From contig JAJYYI010000127.1 of assembly GCA_021801125.1 (NCBI GenBank), positions 3,835 to 67,834 of the forward strand: a stretch of DNA of 64,000 bases, in the 5' to 3' direction. Shown here one piece after another: positions 51,120 to 61,776 of the stretch (its first letter is position 1; every line of letters starts with the position of its first letter). A program made the translations under genes and the position numbers. Below the pieces are notes generated by a model. The model saw only the letters and a program-made list of their open reading frames with translations. It had not been told where the DNA came from and did no database searches. This DNA is from Deltaproteobacteria bacterium. GTDB taxonomy: Bacteria > Desulfobacterota > Binatia > Binatales > Binataceae.

Positions 51120-54017
51120 GTGTCACAGCTTGACTACAAAGCCACCCTCAATTTGCCGCGGACAACCTTTCCGATGAAGGCGGACCTGCCTCGGCGGGAG
51201 CCGCAGATCCTTGCCCGCTGGAACGAAATCAAACTTTACGAGCGCCTGATGGAGCTGCGCAAAGACGCTCCCAGCTTTGTACTCCATGACGGGCCGCCCT
51301 ATGCCAACGGCCCCGTGCATATGGGGACCGCGCTCAACAAAATCCTCAAGGATTTCATCGTGCGTTCCCGCTCGATGGCTGGCCTGAGAACGCCTTTCGT
51401 TCCGGGCTGGGACTGCAACGGTATGCCTATCGAGCATCAGGTGCTGCGCGAAATGGGCGCCAAGGCGCGCTCCACACCCAAGCTTAAGTTGCGGGAGCTT
51501 TGCCGGAGCTACGCCGAGAAGTTCATCACGGTGCAACGAACGGAGTTTCGCCGCCTGGGTGTGCTCGGCGATTGGGAGCGTCCGTACCTAACGTTCGATC
51601 CGCAGTACGCCGCCGCTGAAATCAGCGTGTTGCGCAAACTTGTGGAAGCCGGGTACGTCTACCGCGGCCTTCGTCCCGTGCATTGGTGCTGGTCGTGCCG
51701 CACGGCCTTGGCCGAGGCCGAGGTTGAGTATCGCGACCATGTCTCGCCTTCGATTTACGTCCCGTTTGCCCTAAACCAGCGTGTGTCGGACGCGGCCGCA
51801 TTAGCGGCCAATCCTGCGGACCGCGCGGTGCTCGCCGACGCGCATGCGCGGGGTCGCTTATTCGCCCTCATCTGGACCACCACGCCGTGGACGATCCCGG
51901 CCAACCTTGGAATTTGCCTCAACGAGGGCTTCGACTACGTGGCACTCCAGAGCGACAACGGATGCTACATCGTTGCCGCTCGCCTAGCGCCTGCGGTGCA
52001 AAGCGCCTGCTCGCTCAAGGTCATCGCGACGATACCCATAAGCCGCGAGGCGCTTCGCGCCCTCGACGGGCAAGACATCTTTCGTCATCCGCTGATCGCG
52101 CGCGACGGTCGCCTGATGTTCGCCGATCACGTCACCTTGGACAGCGGCACCGGCTTGGTGCATACGGCGCCGGGCCACGGGTACGAGGACTTCATCGTCG
52201 GCAACCGCTACGGGCTGGAGACCCTCACCCCGGTCGACGAGGCCGGCGTGTTTACCAACGAAGCGCCTGCTTACGTCGGCCGTCAGGTGTTGGAAACCAA
52301 TGACGCGATAGTCGAGGACCTTCGCGCGGCGGGCGGGTTGCTGCACGCCGAGCAAGTGAGCCATAGCTATCCGCACTGTTGGCGCTGCAAAAACCCGGTC
52401 ATCTTCCGCGCTACGGAACAGTGGTTCCTGCGCGTCGACCATGACCGGCTGCGCGAACGGGCGCTGGCCGAGATTGACAAGGTCACCTGGATTCCGCGTT
52501 GGTCGCGCGACCGCATCGGCAATATGGTCGAGCGGCGCCCAGATTGGTGCCTGTCGCGCCAACGACTGTGGGGGGTGCCGATACCGGCGCTGCGCTGTCT
52601 CTCCTGCGGCGACGTCGCGCTTCGACTCGAAGTGCTTCGCCGTTGCGAGGAGATCTTCGCCTCCGACGGCGCGGATGCGTGGTATGTGCGGCCGTTGTCC
52701 GATTTCATCGGCGCTGATCTTCACTGTGAGCGATGCGGCGGCCACGGCTTCGACAAGGGCCAGGATATTCTCGACGTATGGTTCGACTCGGGCTGTTCGC
52801 AAGAGGCCGTTCTCGCCCAGCGCGCCGAGCTGACCTGGCCGGCGGATTTATACGTTGAGGCGGTCGACCAACATCGCGGGTGGTTTCAGGTTTCGCTCAT
52901 TCCCGCAGTGGCGCTTCGCGGCGCGGCGCCGTACAAAGCAGTTCTCACGCACGGGCTTACGCTGGATGAACTGGGCCGCAAGATGTCTAAGTCGCTGGGC
53001 AATACCGAGAACGCCGCGCAGGTGATCGAACGCGTGGGCGCCGACGTATGCCGTTTGGTTTTCGCCTCGGTTGACTTCACCGCCGACATGAACGTGGGCG
53101 AGACGGTTTTCACCGCGACCGCGGAAGCCTACCGCAAAATCCGCAACTCGTGCCGCTACCTGCTGGGCAACCTGTTCGACTTTGATCCGGCAATCCACAG
53201 CGTGCCCTTCGCGCGCCAAATCGAATTCGACCGCTTTATCCTCGGACGGCTCGAAGCGTTGAAGACGCGCGTGCGCCAAGCTTACGACGTCTACGATTTT
53301 CAGGCGGCTTACAATGCACTGCTCAACTTCGTGGTCGTCGACTTGAGTTCGCTCTATATCGACGTTGTTCGCGACAGGCTTTACTGCTCGATCGCAGACT
53401 CGCCGGAGCGGCGGTCAGCGCAGACTTCTCTCTATCTCATTCTGGACACGTTGACGCGGCTGCTCGCTCCGTTTCTGCCTTACACCGCCGACGAGGTTTA
53501 CGCCCACCTGCCGGGCAAACGCGATCGCGAAAGCGTTCACCTGCTCGAGTTCGCCCCCGCCCAACCGTTATGGGCTGACGCCGACCTGGCGCGCCGCTGG
53601 GAGTATCTGTTGGCAATTCGCGGGATCGCGCTGAAAACGTTGGAGGCGATGCGCCAGGCGGGCGTGATCGGCGCCTCTCTCGAAGCGCGTCTGCGGCTGG
53701 GCGTGACCGGCGACGGCGCAAGCGATGCGAGAGCCGCGCTCGGCACCGACCCGGGGACATTAAAGGAGCTGTTCATTGTCTCGGACGTAGAGCTGATGAG
53801 CGCCGAAGATGCGGCAAAGATGAAAGCCCTGGCGGACGCCGCGCAGAGCGAGACGTTCAACCTCGATGGCGCGCTAGGAAGGGTAAGTTCGCGGCCGCCC
53901 CTGGTCGTGCTCGGCGAACGGGCTTCTGGCGACAAATGTCCTCGGTGTTGGACCTACGAGCCGCTTCAGGGCGACCCTCCGCTCTGTCGCCGATGCCGCA
54001 CGGTAATCCAGGCGTGA
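51120..54017 (+). CDS. ileS: Isoleucine--tRNA ligase (type 1)
   Basis: HDGPPYANG, HMGT (HIGH position), WTTTPWT, GTGLVHTAPGHG, KMSKS, C-terminal CPRCW...CRRC. Confidence 0.97.
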   Translation: MSQLDYKATLNLPRTTFPMKADLPRREPQILARWNEIKLYERLMELRKDAPSFVLHDGPPYANGPVHMGTALNKILKDFIVRSRSMAGLRTPFVPGWDCNGMPIEHQVLREMGAKARSTPKLKLRELCRSYAEKFITVQRTEFRRLGVLGDWERPYLTFDPQYAAAEISVLRKLVEAGYVYRGLRPVHWCWSCRTALAEAEVEYRDHVSPSIYVPFALNQRVSDAAALAANPADRAVLADAHARGRLFALIWTTTPWTIPANLGICLNEGFDYVALQSDNGCYIVAARLAPAVQSACSLKVIATIPISREALRALDGQDIFRHPLIARDGRLMFADHVTLDSGTGLVHTAPGHGYEDFIVGNRYGLETLTPVDEAGVFTNEAPAYVGRQVLETNDAIVEDLRAAGGLLHAEQVSHSYPHCWRCKNPVIFRATEQWFLRVDHDRLRERALAEIDKVTWIPRWSRDRIGNMVERRPDWCLSRQRLWGVPIPALRCLSCGDVALRLEVLRRCEEIFASDGADAWYVRPLSDFIGADLHCERCGGHGFDKGQDILDVWFDSGCSQEAVLAQRAELTWPADLYVEAVDQHRGWFQVSLIPAVALRGAAPYKAVLTHGLTLDELGRKMSKSLGNTENAAQVIERVGADVCRLVFASVDFTADMNVGETVFTATAEAYRKIRNSCRYLLGNLFDFDPAIHSVPFARQIEFDRFILGRLEALKTRVRQAYDVYDFQAAYNALLNFVVVDLSSLYIDVVRDRLYCSIADSPERRSAQTSLYLILDTLTRLLAPFLPYTADEVYAHLPGKRDRESVHLLEFAPAQPLWADADLARRWEYLLAIRGIALKTLEAMRQAGVIGASLEARLRLGVTGDGASDARAALGTDPGTLKELFIVSDVELMSAEDAAKMKALADAAQSETFNLDGALGRVSSRPPLVVLGERASGDKCPRCWTYEPLQGDPPLCRRCRTVIQA

Positions 54018-54559
54018 GTTTTGAGACTTCGCCGGCGAGCGGCAAACCGGCGGGTTCACCTCACAAAGTCAGCCGCCTCGCGGTTGTATGGTTGCCTCTT
54101 CTGGCCGGCACTTTACCGGTTCTGCTGCTCGACCAATTGAGCAAGGTATACGTCAGCCACCATTTCTTTCCCTATCGTGGCTGGCCGCTGATACCTAACT
54201 GGTTCGACCTCACCTTCACGACGAATCCTGGGGCGGCTTTCAGTCTTTTCGCCGGCGGGCCGCCATGGGTGCGCACGGCGTTTCTATGCGCGACGGCTGC
54301 GGTCGCGGCGATCATCGTGGTGGTCCTGCTCTTGCGGGGCCAGGAGACGCGGCTGACCGCGTGGGGTCTGGCGTTGATTCTGTCCGGCGCCGTGGGAAAT
54401 CTTATCGACCGACTGCGCCTGGGCGTGGTGGTTGATTTTATCGACGTGCATTACTACTCCCATCACTACCCGGTCTTCAACTTGGCCGACTGCGCGATCA
54501 CCATCGGTGTCGGCCTGATTCTGCTGAGCGCCCTGCGCCGCTCGCGCCAGTCGAGCTAA
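54014..54559 (+). CDS. lspA: Lipoprotein signal peptidase II
   Basis: GTGA overlap with ileS; DQLSK, NPGAAFS, GAVGNLIDR, VVDFI, FNLAD. Confidence 0.95.
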   Translation: MSFETSPASGKPAGSPHKVSRLAVVWLPLLAGTLPVLLLDQLSKVYVSHHFFPYRGWPLIPNWFDLTFTTNPGAAFSLFAGGPPWVRTAFLCATAAVAAIIVVVLLLRGQETRLTAWGLALILSGAVGNLIDRLRLGVVVDFIDVHYYSHHYPVFNLADCAITIGVGLILLSALRRSRQSS

Positions 54560-54985
54560 CCGCGCACGGCTCGAAAGACCGTCACTTGCGGCAGAAAGGC
54601 GTGGACCGTCTACCTCGCCAGCGTCGCGCCCCTTTGCCCCCGAGCCCGCAAAGCATTTCTCCGTCTGCATCGTCTTTCGCAAAAGCCAAAGCGTGGTGTA
54701 AGACGCCAAACTGACTCAATTAGGTCCAGCGCGTGACTGATTTAGATTGAAGGAATCAAGGCGCCTACGCGTCCGCATCTAGGCAGCCGCTCACAGGTTC
54801 GCCCGTCGGTAAGCGAAGATCTTTGCCGGAGTGAACACTCGAAAGCCTACGCAAACCTTTACTCCCCAACCCCTTGGCCTGCCCCGCCCCCGAAAATCAA
54901 GTTAGGCATGTAACACGCATTTTTTACATACAAACCACGCTCTAAGACGGCGCGCTACCACTTACGTTTTCTGGAATATATCTAA

Positions 54986-55001
54986 CGGCACGGCTTTCGC
55001 T
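54986..55001 (+). promoter_or_regulatory. Possible sigma-54 promoter
   Basis: CGGCACGGCTTTCGCT has GG-N10-GC spacing and is close to TGGCAC-N5-TTGCW; AT-rich context. Confidence 0.4.
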
Positions 55002-55566
55002 ATAAACGTGAACAGTTGGCAGTTGAGCTGGTTTTGAAAGTGGAGAAGCCGTTTCGCTTGAGATCATGTACGTTGGGATCGAAGCTCGTCGGCCTCCCGT
55101 TTCGATTCTAGCCCTCGTCGCGAGGGTTTGAGCAGCGTCGATACCGGATACTTAGGGCTCCCAAGGCTGGCTTCGAGTTAATGCGCGAGGCCTGGGCTCT
55201 GCTTGAGTAACCCAAGTTCACGTTTTGGGGGTTTAAACTTTCAATCGGCTTGGCGCGGCGGCTCGAATTGTACCCGCAGCAAATGTCGGGGCAAAGAGTC
55301 TTTTGCAAAGTTTAGACACGTTTTCGCTGGGGCGAATTTGCAAAAACCCCCTTTTAACATAGCGCCAATTACGGGTATACTAAGAACTAAGACAAGAAAA
55401 ACAGTCGTTGGCTTATAACGGGTAATCTTGGCGCGTGAATCTTCGGGATTGCTTGACCGCCACAGGGCTACCATGCTCTGTGGCTGGCACGGAAGTCTCT
55501 TCGTTAGCGCAAGGCTCAGCGCGACCCGTGAAATGAGCCGGAATTGACATCGGAGGTTAGAATTCC

Positions 55567-55800
55567 ATGGCTGATTACAGCGCTTCTCAAGGTGGCACCA
55601 GGGTTCTCACGGTTAGGGAACTGTCCGAATACCTGCGAGTGCATCCTTCAACCATCTATAGGTTGCTCAAGAATGGCCAGCTACCTGGCTTTAAGGTGGG
55701 TAGCGACTGGCGCTTCGACGTCGAAACGATCGACCGATGGCGCGCCTCGCAAAGCTCGATGAGCACCTTGGAGGGCCAAGTCAAGGAGTCAATGGTGTAA
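55567..55800 (+). CDS. Excisionase-like (HTH_17 / MerR-type) small DNA-binding protein
   Basis: GGAGG RBS; VLTVRELSEYLRVHPSTIYRLLKNGQLPGFKVGSDWRF. Confidence 0.88.
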   Translation: MADYSASQGGTRVLTVRELSEYLRVHPSTIYRLLKNGQLPGFKVGSDWRFDVETIDRWRASQSSMSTLEGQVKESMV

Positions 55801-55963
55801 CCGTTTGCACCTCTTAGACGGTCGCCCAACTCGGCTTATTGAAGCTGAAGATTGTTAATGCACGTTTATGGGCGCATGCGGCTGGGCTCGGCACCTGATC
55901 TTTAAAGTGGTTCTTACTGCTGCCCGTAGCCTGTTGAAGCAAGCAGGTTACGGGCAGAGGGCT

Positions 55964-57046
55964 TTATTCGGCCCTCGCCAGATGGCGGAGCAATTCGTCG
56001 AGTGTAATGCGAAGGGTAATTGCTTGACCCAATTCTCGTAACAGGATAAGTCGCACAGAGCCGGATTCGCGCTTTTTGTCCAGCGCGAGAGCATCCACGA
56101 ATTTCTGATCTTTCCAACCAGGGAGGAGTTCCGTCGGTAGGTCTGCGCCCTTAAGCCAGCGCTCCAGGCGCGCCACGGCGCACGCGTCAAGGCCGGCGAG
56201 GGTTTTAGACAGTCGCGCCTCCGCCACCATCCCGATAGCGACTGCTTCCCCGTGAAGCAGGCCGCCGAACCCTGACGCAACCTCCAGCGCATGGCCCACG
56301 GTATGCCCAAAGTTGAGTAGTGCGCGTAAACCCGCCTCTCGCTCGTCGCGCTCCACAATTGTGGCTTTATGCCTCAAGCATAGCGTGACAAAATGCCCCA
56401 ATATGTCCTCACTACGTCTCAGGATCGCAGCCTGATCTCGCTCAAGCTGCTCGAACATCTCCACGTCCATGATAGCGGCATATTTGATTACTTCCGCCAA
56501 GCCTTCACGAAATTCACGTTCCGGCAAGCTGCGCAGCACAGCAATATCGGCAGCGATAAGAGCGGGCTGATAGAACGCGCCGATAAGGTTTTTGCCCAAT
56601 GGATGGTTGATTGCGGTCTTGCCCCCCAACGCCGAGTCAACCTGGGCAAGCAGGCTCGTAGGAACCTGGACCAGCGCTACCCCGCGCAAAAAAGTCGCCG
56701 CGGCGAATCCTGCGAGGTCGCCGACAACACCGCCCCCTAGAGCGACGATCGCGCTGTGCCGGTCAAATCGCGCCTCAACCAACTTGTCATAGATTCGCTC
56801 GAGTGTGGCGAACGACTTAGACCGCTCGCCGGGCTCTACCTCTATCACCAGCGGCGCGTCGTCCAGGGGCTTTAGCGCGTGCACCACACGTTCGCGGTAA
56901 AGCGACCCTACATTGGTATCGGTCACCACCGCGACCCGGCCGTTCAGACCTGCAGCCAGCGAAAGCGAGCCGATTTGCTCGAGCAGTCCGCAGCCTACAT
57001 GAACCGTATAGGGACGCGGTTTGATGTCTACGTTAAAGCTTTGCAC
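55964..57046 (-). CDS. aroB: 3-dehydroquinate synthase
   Basis: GGGVVGDLAGF, PTSLLAQVDS, GGKT, KNLIGAF, LNFGHT, HGEAV. Confidence 0.97.
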   Translation of the reverse strand: MQSFNVDIKPRPYTVHVGCGLLEQIGSLSLAAGLNGRVAVVTDTNVGSLYRERVVHALKPLDDAPLVIEVEPGERSKSFATLERIYDKLVEARFDRHSAIVALGGGVVGDLAGFAAATFLRGVALVQVPTSLLAQVDSALGGKTAINHPLGKNLIGAFYQPALIAADIAVLRSLPEREFREGLAEVIKYAAIMDVEMFEQLERDQAAILRRSEDILGHFVTLCLRHKATIVERDEREAGLRALLNFGHTVGHALEVASGFGGLLHGEAVAIGMVAEARLSKTLAGLDACAVARLERWLKGADLPTELLPGWKDQKFVDALALDKKRESGSVRLILLRELGQAITLRITLDELLRHLARAE

Positions 57047-57594
57047 GGATTTCGGCCGGCGCGTTCCAGCGCCGCCAGCACGGCGTTGACAACATCCTCG
57101 ATGGAAAGATCGGAGGTGTCAACGTTCACTTCGGCGCGCGCATACGCAGCCTGGCGTCGCGCCATCAAATCTTCGATCGCTTCCAACAAGGGAGCGCCGC
57201 TCTCAGTAAGCTTCGGCCGCACTTGCGAGCATTGCGCAACCCGCGCCGCGACTACCTCTGGTCGGGCGCGCAGCCATATCACGACACCCACCGCCGCCAT
57301 GGCCTCGAAATTTCCTGGTTCGACCAAGGTGCCGCCGCCCGTCGCGACGACCGCAGGAGCCGGGTCGGCGGCGAGTTCGGCGACCAGCCCACGCTCAAGC
57401 TCACGCAGACGAGGTTCGCCGTCTTCAACAATGATCGCCGCTGGGCTCTTGCCGCAGCGGTTCTCGATCTCCTGGTCGGTGTCAATGAACCTAAGCCCGA
57501 GTCTTTGAGCCACAGCTGAGCCAACCCTGCTTTTGCCGGTGGCCATAAAGCCGGTCAGTATCACCTTTTGTCTTCCCGGGCCCATTGCGGTCAA
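57028..57594 (-). CDS. aroK: Shikimate kinase
   Basis: GFMATGKS, FIDTD, ATGGG, RP. Confidence 0.93.
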   Translation of the reverse strand: MTAMGPGRQKVILTGFMATGKSRVGSAVAQRLGLRFIDTDQEIENRCGKSPAAIIVEDGEPRLRELERGLVAELAADPAPAVVATGGGTLVEPGNFEAMAAVGVVIWLRARPEVVAARVAQCSQVRPKLTESGAPLLEAIEDLMARRQAAYARAEVNVDTSDLSIEDVVNAVLAALERAGRNPCKALT

Positions 57595-57667
57595 ATTATC
57601 GAGGGTCGCAGCGCAGCTTGGTTGGTTGCTTGCGGGGGCTTTTGCCGACGCCGACTTTCGCGTCTGG

Positions 57668-58834
57668 CTAAAAATGCTTGATCTGTTTGCAATAGCCCTC
57701 GTAGTTTCGAGTAATTTCTACCAGCGAGTCGCCGCCGAACTTCTCCAGAAGCGCCTTGGCCAGCTCAAAAGCAACCACGGTCTCGGCAATCACGGCCGCT
57801 GCCGGCACGGCGCACACGTCTGAGCGCTCGATCGTTCCCAACGCCGGTTCCTTAGTTTTGATGTCAACCGAGCGCAGCGGCTGCATCAAGGTCGACAAAG
57901 GCTTGAATGCTACCCTGACTCGCAAAGGCTCGCCGGTGCTCATGCCGCCTTCGGTCCCGCCCGAGTTATTCGAAAGTCGCAGGAAGCGTTGCGCTTCCTT
58001 GTCGTAGCCGATTTCGTCGTGCAATGCCGATCCGCGCAGCGCCGCAGCCCTAAAGCCAAGCCCCAATTCCACGCCCTTGGCCGACTGCAAGCTCAACAGG
58101 GCGTAGGCCAGCCGGCCGTCGAGTTTGCGGTCCCATTGCACGTGACTGCCCAAACCCACAGGCAGGCCCGTCGCGACCACTTCGACCACACCGCCCAGAG
58201 TATCACCGGCCTGCTTGCAGGCGTCGATTTCCGCGATAATCGCGGTCTCGGCTTCGCGGTCAAGCACGCGCACCGGAGACTGTTCGGCGGCCTCGCGAAG
58301 CGCCCTCAGGTCGGCCGTGGCCGGCGCCTTGGCGAGCGTAGCTCCGATGCTCACAACGTATCCGAGCACGTCGATGCCGAACGGCGAGAGAAGCTGGCGA
58401 GCCAGGGAGCCAACGGCGACGCGCGCGGTGGTCTCGCGTGCCGAGGCCCGCTCAAGCACGTCGCGTATATCGTCGAGATGGTACTTCAGCGCTCCGGCGA
58501 GATCGGCGTGGCCCGGCCGCGGACGGGTCACAGGATGGGCCGCGCCGCGGTCCGCCGGATCGATCGACATTCGCTTGTGCCAGTTTTTGAAGTCGCGGTT
58601 CTCGACCGTCAGCGTCACCGGGCTGCCCGTCGTGAGTCCGAAGCGCACTCCGGACAGCACGCGAACCTCGTCTCGCTCGATAGCCATGCGGCCGCCTCGC
58701 CCGTAGCCTTTCTGGCGGCGCGCCAAATCCTGATTAATCTGCTCGACACTGACGGCGAACCCCGCGGGCACGCCTTCCACGATCGCCGTCAACATGGGAC
58801 CGTGGGATTCGCCTGCGGTGAGAAAACGTAACAT
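57668..58834 (-). CDS. aroC: Chorismate synthase
   Basis: TAGESHG, RPGHAD, ERASARET, GGTEGGMS, ERSD. Confidence 0.97.
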   Translation of the reverse strand: MLRFLTAGESHGPMLTAIVEGVPAGFAVSVEQINQDLARRQKGYGRGGRMAIERDEVRVLSGVRFGLTTGSPVTLTVENRDFKNWHKRMSIDPADRGAAHPVTRPRPGHADLAGALKYHLDDIRDVLERASARETTARVAVGSLARQLLSPFGIDVLGYVVSIGATLAKAPATADLRALREAAEQSPVRVLDREAETAIIAEIDACKQAGDTLGGVVEVVATGLPVGLGSHVQWDRKLDGRLAYALLSLQSAKGVELGLGFRAAALRGSALHDEIGYDKEAQRFLRLSNNSGGTEGGMSTGEPLRVRVAFKPLSTLMQPLRSVDIKTKEPALGTIERSDVCAVPAAAVIAETVVAFELAKALLEKFGGDSLVEITRNYEGYCKQIKHF

Positions 58835-59129
58835 CGACGTGAGGACTTAAGTCAGCCACAGGCGGCGGCACTTACCGCGTCCGCTCGCCTTAAAAAAAGA
58901 TTATTCGATTCAAGCAGAGTTGGCCACGCATTTAAAGCGCGCACTTCGGACGTCCCATTCTCGCCGCCACGTCACCCGCTATACTTGCTGGAAAGCGGAC
59001 TCGAACGCATCGAATCGATGGAAATAAAGGAGGCGTTAATAAACTGGGACATTCTATAATGGCGGGCTTTCAGTCCGGCTCGCAACGGCCGCCGACGGTT
59101 GGACTTGTCGCAGCCTTTCGCGGGAACTA

Positions 59130-61679
59130 TTGCTAGTACCCGGTCTTGCTGGGCCGGTTAACTTCTCGGCGCTTGACGACACTCTCGGAATTTTCTTGCT
59201 CAACGAGACAACGACACTTGAACCTGGCTCACCAGTAAGGGTAGCCCAGGTGCTGCTTCTGGCACCGTCAAAGGCGGTGGGACCGTTGAGCTACGCCGTA
59301 CCCGACCACTTGGCCTCATCGCTAAAGCCAGGCCATCGCGTATTGGTGCCCCTGCGCTCTCATAAGCTCACGGGCATCGTCCTCGGATTTGAAGACAGCG
59401 CGCCCCTGAACCTGAAGCCCATCGCCGATCTCCTTGACTCAAGCCCCATTTTGGACGGGGCCCATATCGAGCTTTTGCGCTTCATTTCACGGTACTATCT
59501 GGCCTCGCTAACGGAGGTATGCAGGGCGATCATCCCGGCCGCCTTGCGGGTGGAGACCAGGAACGTCTACAAGCTAGTGCGCGCGCCCAACGCGCTGGAA
59601 TCAGCCGCCCTGAGCCGCGCCGAGCATCAGATACTCGCCGCCCTGTCGAAGCGCCCGCTTACGTCTTCGCGTCTTGAACAAATGACCGACAGGACCCGGG
59701 GCGCCCTGGTCAAGCTCGAAGCGCTCGGGCTTATCGCTCGCGTCGCCTCCAAACGGGGCGCGCATCGTCCATCCCTCCCGCATAGCGTGCGGCTCGTCGC
59801 GACCGACGTGCAGCGCGCGATTCGAGGCGTGCATCAGCGCCGCGTGCTCGATATTTTTCTCCATGCTGCGGGCCACAAAATGGCGACCGCAGAGTTCGCG
59901 GCGGCGAGCCCGCAAGAGAAAAACGCGATTCGTACCCTGATAAAACGAGGCGTCTTGGAGAGTGTCGAGCGCGAGCCGGTGCTCTCAGCCTCGGGTTTCG
60001 ACCCGGGCTCGCCATTCGAGCTCAACGCCGACCAAAGGGAGGCTATTGCGGCGGTCACACCCGCGATTGAACACGGGCGTCCCCAGACGTTCTTGCTGTG
60101 GGGCGTGACCGGCAGCGGCAAGACCGAGGTTTATCTCAGGCTTGCCCAGCGATGCGTCGAGCAGGGACGGCGAGCGTTGGTCCTCATTCCGGAAATCGGC
60201 CTCACCGAACATCTTATCGGCGCTTTTTATGCGCGCTTCGGCTCCCGCGTCGCGGTCCTGCATAGCGCTCAGCGCTCCTCCGAGCGCTGGGCGGGATGGA
60301 GCGCGCTTCGCGACGGAAAGGCCGAAATCGCGATCGGCCCGCGTTCCGCTATCTTCGCGCCGCTTAGCGACCTTGGGCTCGTGATCGTGGACGAGGAACA
60401 CGACGGCTCCTACAAGCAGGAAGAGGGAGTTCGTTATAACGCGCGCGACCTTGCCGTCGCGCTCGGCTCGTTCAGCTCGTGTCCGGTGGTTCTGGGCTCG
60501 GCCACGCCGTCGGCCGAATCGTACGTTAATGCCCGGCGAGGCCGTTATCGGTTGATCTCCTTGACGCGCCGGATTCTGGACCGCCCGATGCCGGCGGTGG
60601 AGGTGATCGACCTGCGCAAGAAAGCCGCCAAAGCCTCTCGGCCCCAACCCGACAGCGGCGCGCGAAGCGGCGGCGAGGGATTGCCGCTCTCGGCGGAGCT
60701 GCTCGACGCTTTGCGCGAAAACCTCGCTGCGGGTTCGCAGAGTATCGTCTTCCTCAATCGTCGGGGCTATCACAATGCTCTTCAATGCCGTTACTGCGGC
60801 AGCGTAATGTGCTGCAACGCGTGCAGCGTGAGCCTCAATTTTCATCTCCAGGATCGGTCGCTGCGCTGCCACTACTGCGGCGAGCATCGGCCGGCGCCGC
60901 AAAACTGCCCCGAATGCGGCGCCTATGGTCTCGAAGGTCAGGGTTATGGCACTGAACGAATCGCCAGCGCGCTGGCTGAGTTGTTGCCGCAAGCGCGGAT
61001 CGAGCGCATGGACAGCGACGCAAGCCGCCGGCGCGCTAGCAGAACGCGCACGCTGGAGGCTCTCGCCGCGGGCGAGGTCGACATTCTGGTCGGCACCCAG
61101 ATGGTTGCCAAAGGTTTCGATTTCCCCGCGGTCACGCTCGTCGGCGTGGTCTTGGCCGACCAGACGCTCAACTTGCCCGACTTCCGCTCGGCCGAACGGA
61201 CCTTCCAGTTGCTGACCCAGGTCGCCGGCCGTGCCGGACGCGGCGAGCGCCCCGGGAAAGTGCTGATTCAAACCTTCGTGCCGCATCATTACAGTATCCG
61301 AGCGGCCAAGGCTCAGGATTACGCGCGCTTTATGCGGCGGGAACTCGAGCTTAGGCGCGAGCTCAACTATCCGCCGTTTGCTAAGCTCGCTCTGATGCGT
61401 TTTGAAGGGCTCGATCAGACGCGTATTGCTAAGCTTGCCGGCGAGACCGCGAGCGCCTTCTCGCTAAGCGCCTGTACTAAGGACCTGCAGGTCACCGGGC
61501 CCTCGCCGGCGCCGATAGAGCGGCTGAAAGGCCGGTATAGATGGCAACTGATGGTGCGCACACGCACCGCGAAGTCGATGCACGAGGCGCTGGATGAGGT
61601 CCGCGCGCGCGTTGAAGCAGCGGCCAAGCGCGACAACGTCAGAATGATTCTCGACATTGATCCGATCAGCATGCTCTAA
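59130..61679 (+). CDS. priA: Primosomal protein N' (replication restart helicase)
   Basis: GVTGSGKTEVY, DEEH, GSATPS, paired CxxC motifs, QVAGRAGR. Start uncertain. Confidence 0.96.
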   Translation: MLVPGLAGPVNFSALDDTLGIFLLNETTTLEPGSPVRVAQVLLLAPSKAVGPLSYAVPDHLASSLKPGHRVLVPLRSHKLTGIVLGFEDSAPLNLKPIADLLDSSPILDGAHIELLRFISRYYLASLTEVCRAIIPAALRVETRNVYKLVRAPNALESAALSRAEHQILAALSKRPLTSSRLEQMTDRTRGALVKLEALGLIARVASKRGAHRPSLPHSVRLVATDVQRAIRGVHQRRVLDIFLHAAGHKMATAEFAAASPQEKNAIRTLIKRGVLESVEREPVLSASGFDPGSPFELNADQREAIAAVTPAIEHGRPQTFLLWGVTGSGKTEVYLRLAQRCVEQGRRALVLIPEIGLTEHLIGAFYARFGSRVAVLHSAQRSSERWAGWSALRDGKAEIAIGPRSAIFAPLSDLGLVIVDEEHDGSYKQEEGVRYNARDLAVALGSFSSCPVVLGSATPSAESYVNARRGRYRLISLTRRILDRPMPAVEVIDLRKKAAKASRPQPDSGARSGGEGLPLSAELLDALRENLAAGSQSIVFLNRRGYHNALQCRYCGSVMCCNACSVSLNFHLQDRSLRCHYCGEHRPAPQNCPECGAYGLEGQGYGTERIASALAELLPQARIERMDSDASRRRASRTRTLEALAAGEVDILVGTQMVAKGFDFPAVTLVGVVLADQTLNLPDFRSAERTFQLLTQVAGRAGRGERPGKVLIQTFVPHHYSIRAAKAQDYARFMRRELELRRELNYPPFAKLALMRFEGLDQTRIAKLAGETASAFSLSACTKDLQVTGPSPAPIERLKGRYRWQLMVRTRTAKSMHEALDEVRARVEAAAKRDNVRMILDIDPISML

Positions 61680-61776
61680 CCTGCTTTGTCCGAAGCCGCA
61701 CTTGTCCGCAAAAAATGGCTTATCTTTTACGGGTAAACAGTCTTTGGTAGGCTTACACGGGAGTTTGAGTAAGCGA

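Noticed and set aside
55484..55500. TGGCACG as a sigma-54 promoter for the HTH_17 gene
   Set aside because: The -12 GC is absent at the required spacing.
55567..55800. Prophage remnant implied by the excisionase-like gene
   Set aside because: No phage or integrase genes nearby; flanked by housekeeping operons.
59985..61289. Long antisense ORF inside priA (and similar ones inside clpX, ffh, ileS and aroC)
   Set aside because: Shadow frames expected from high-GC codon bias.
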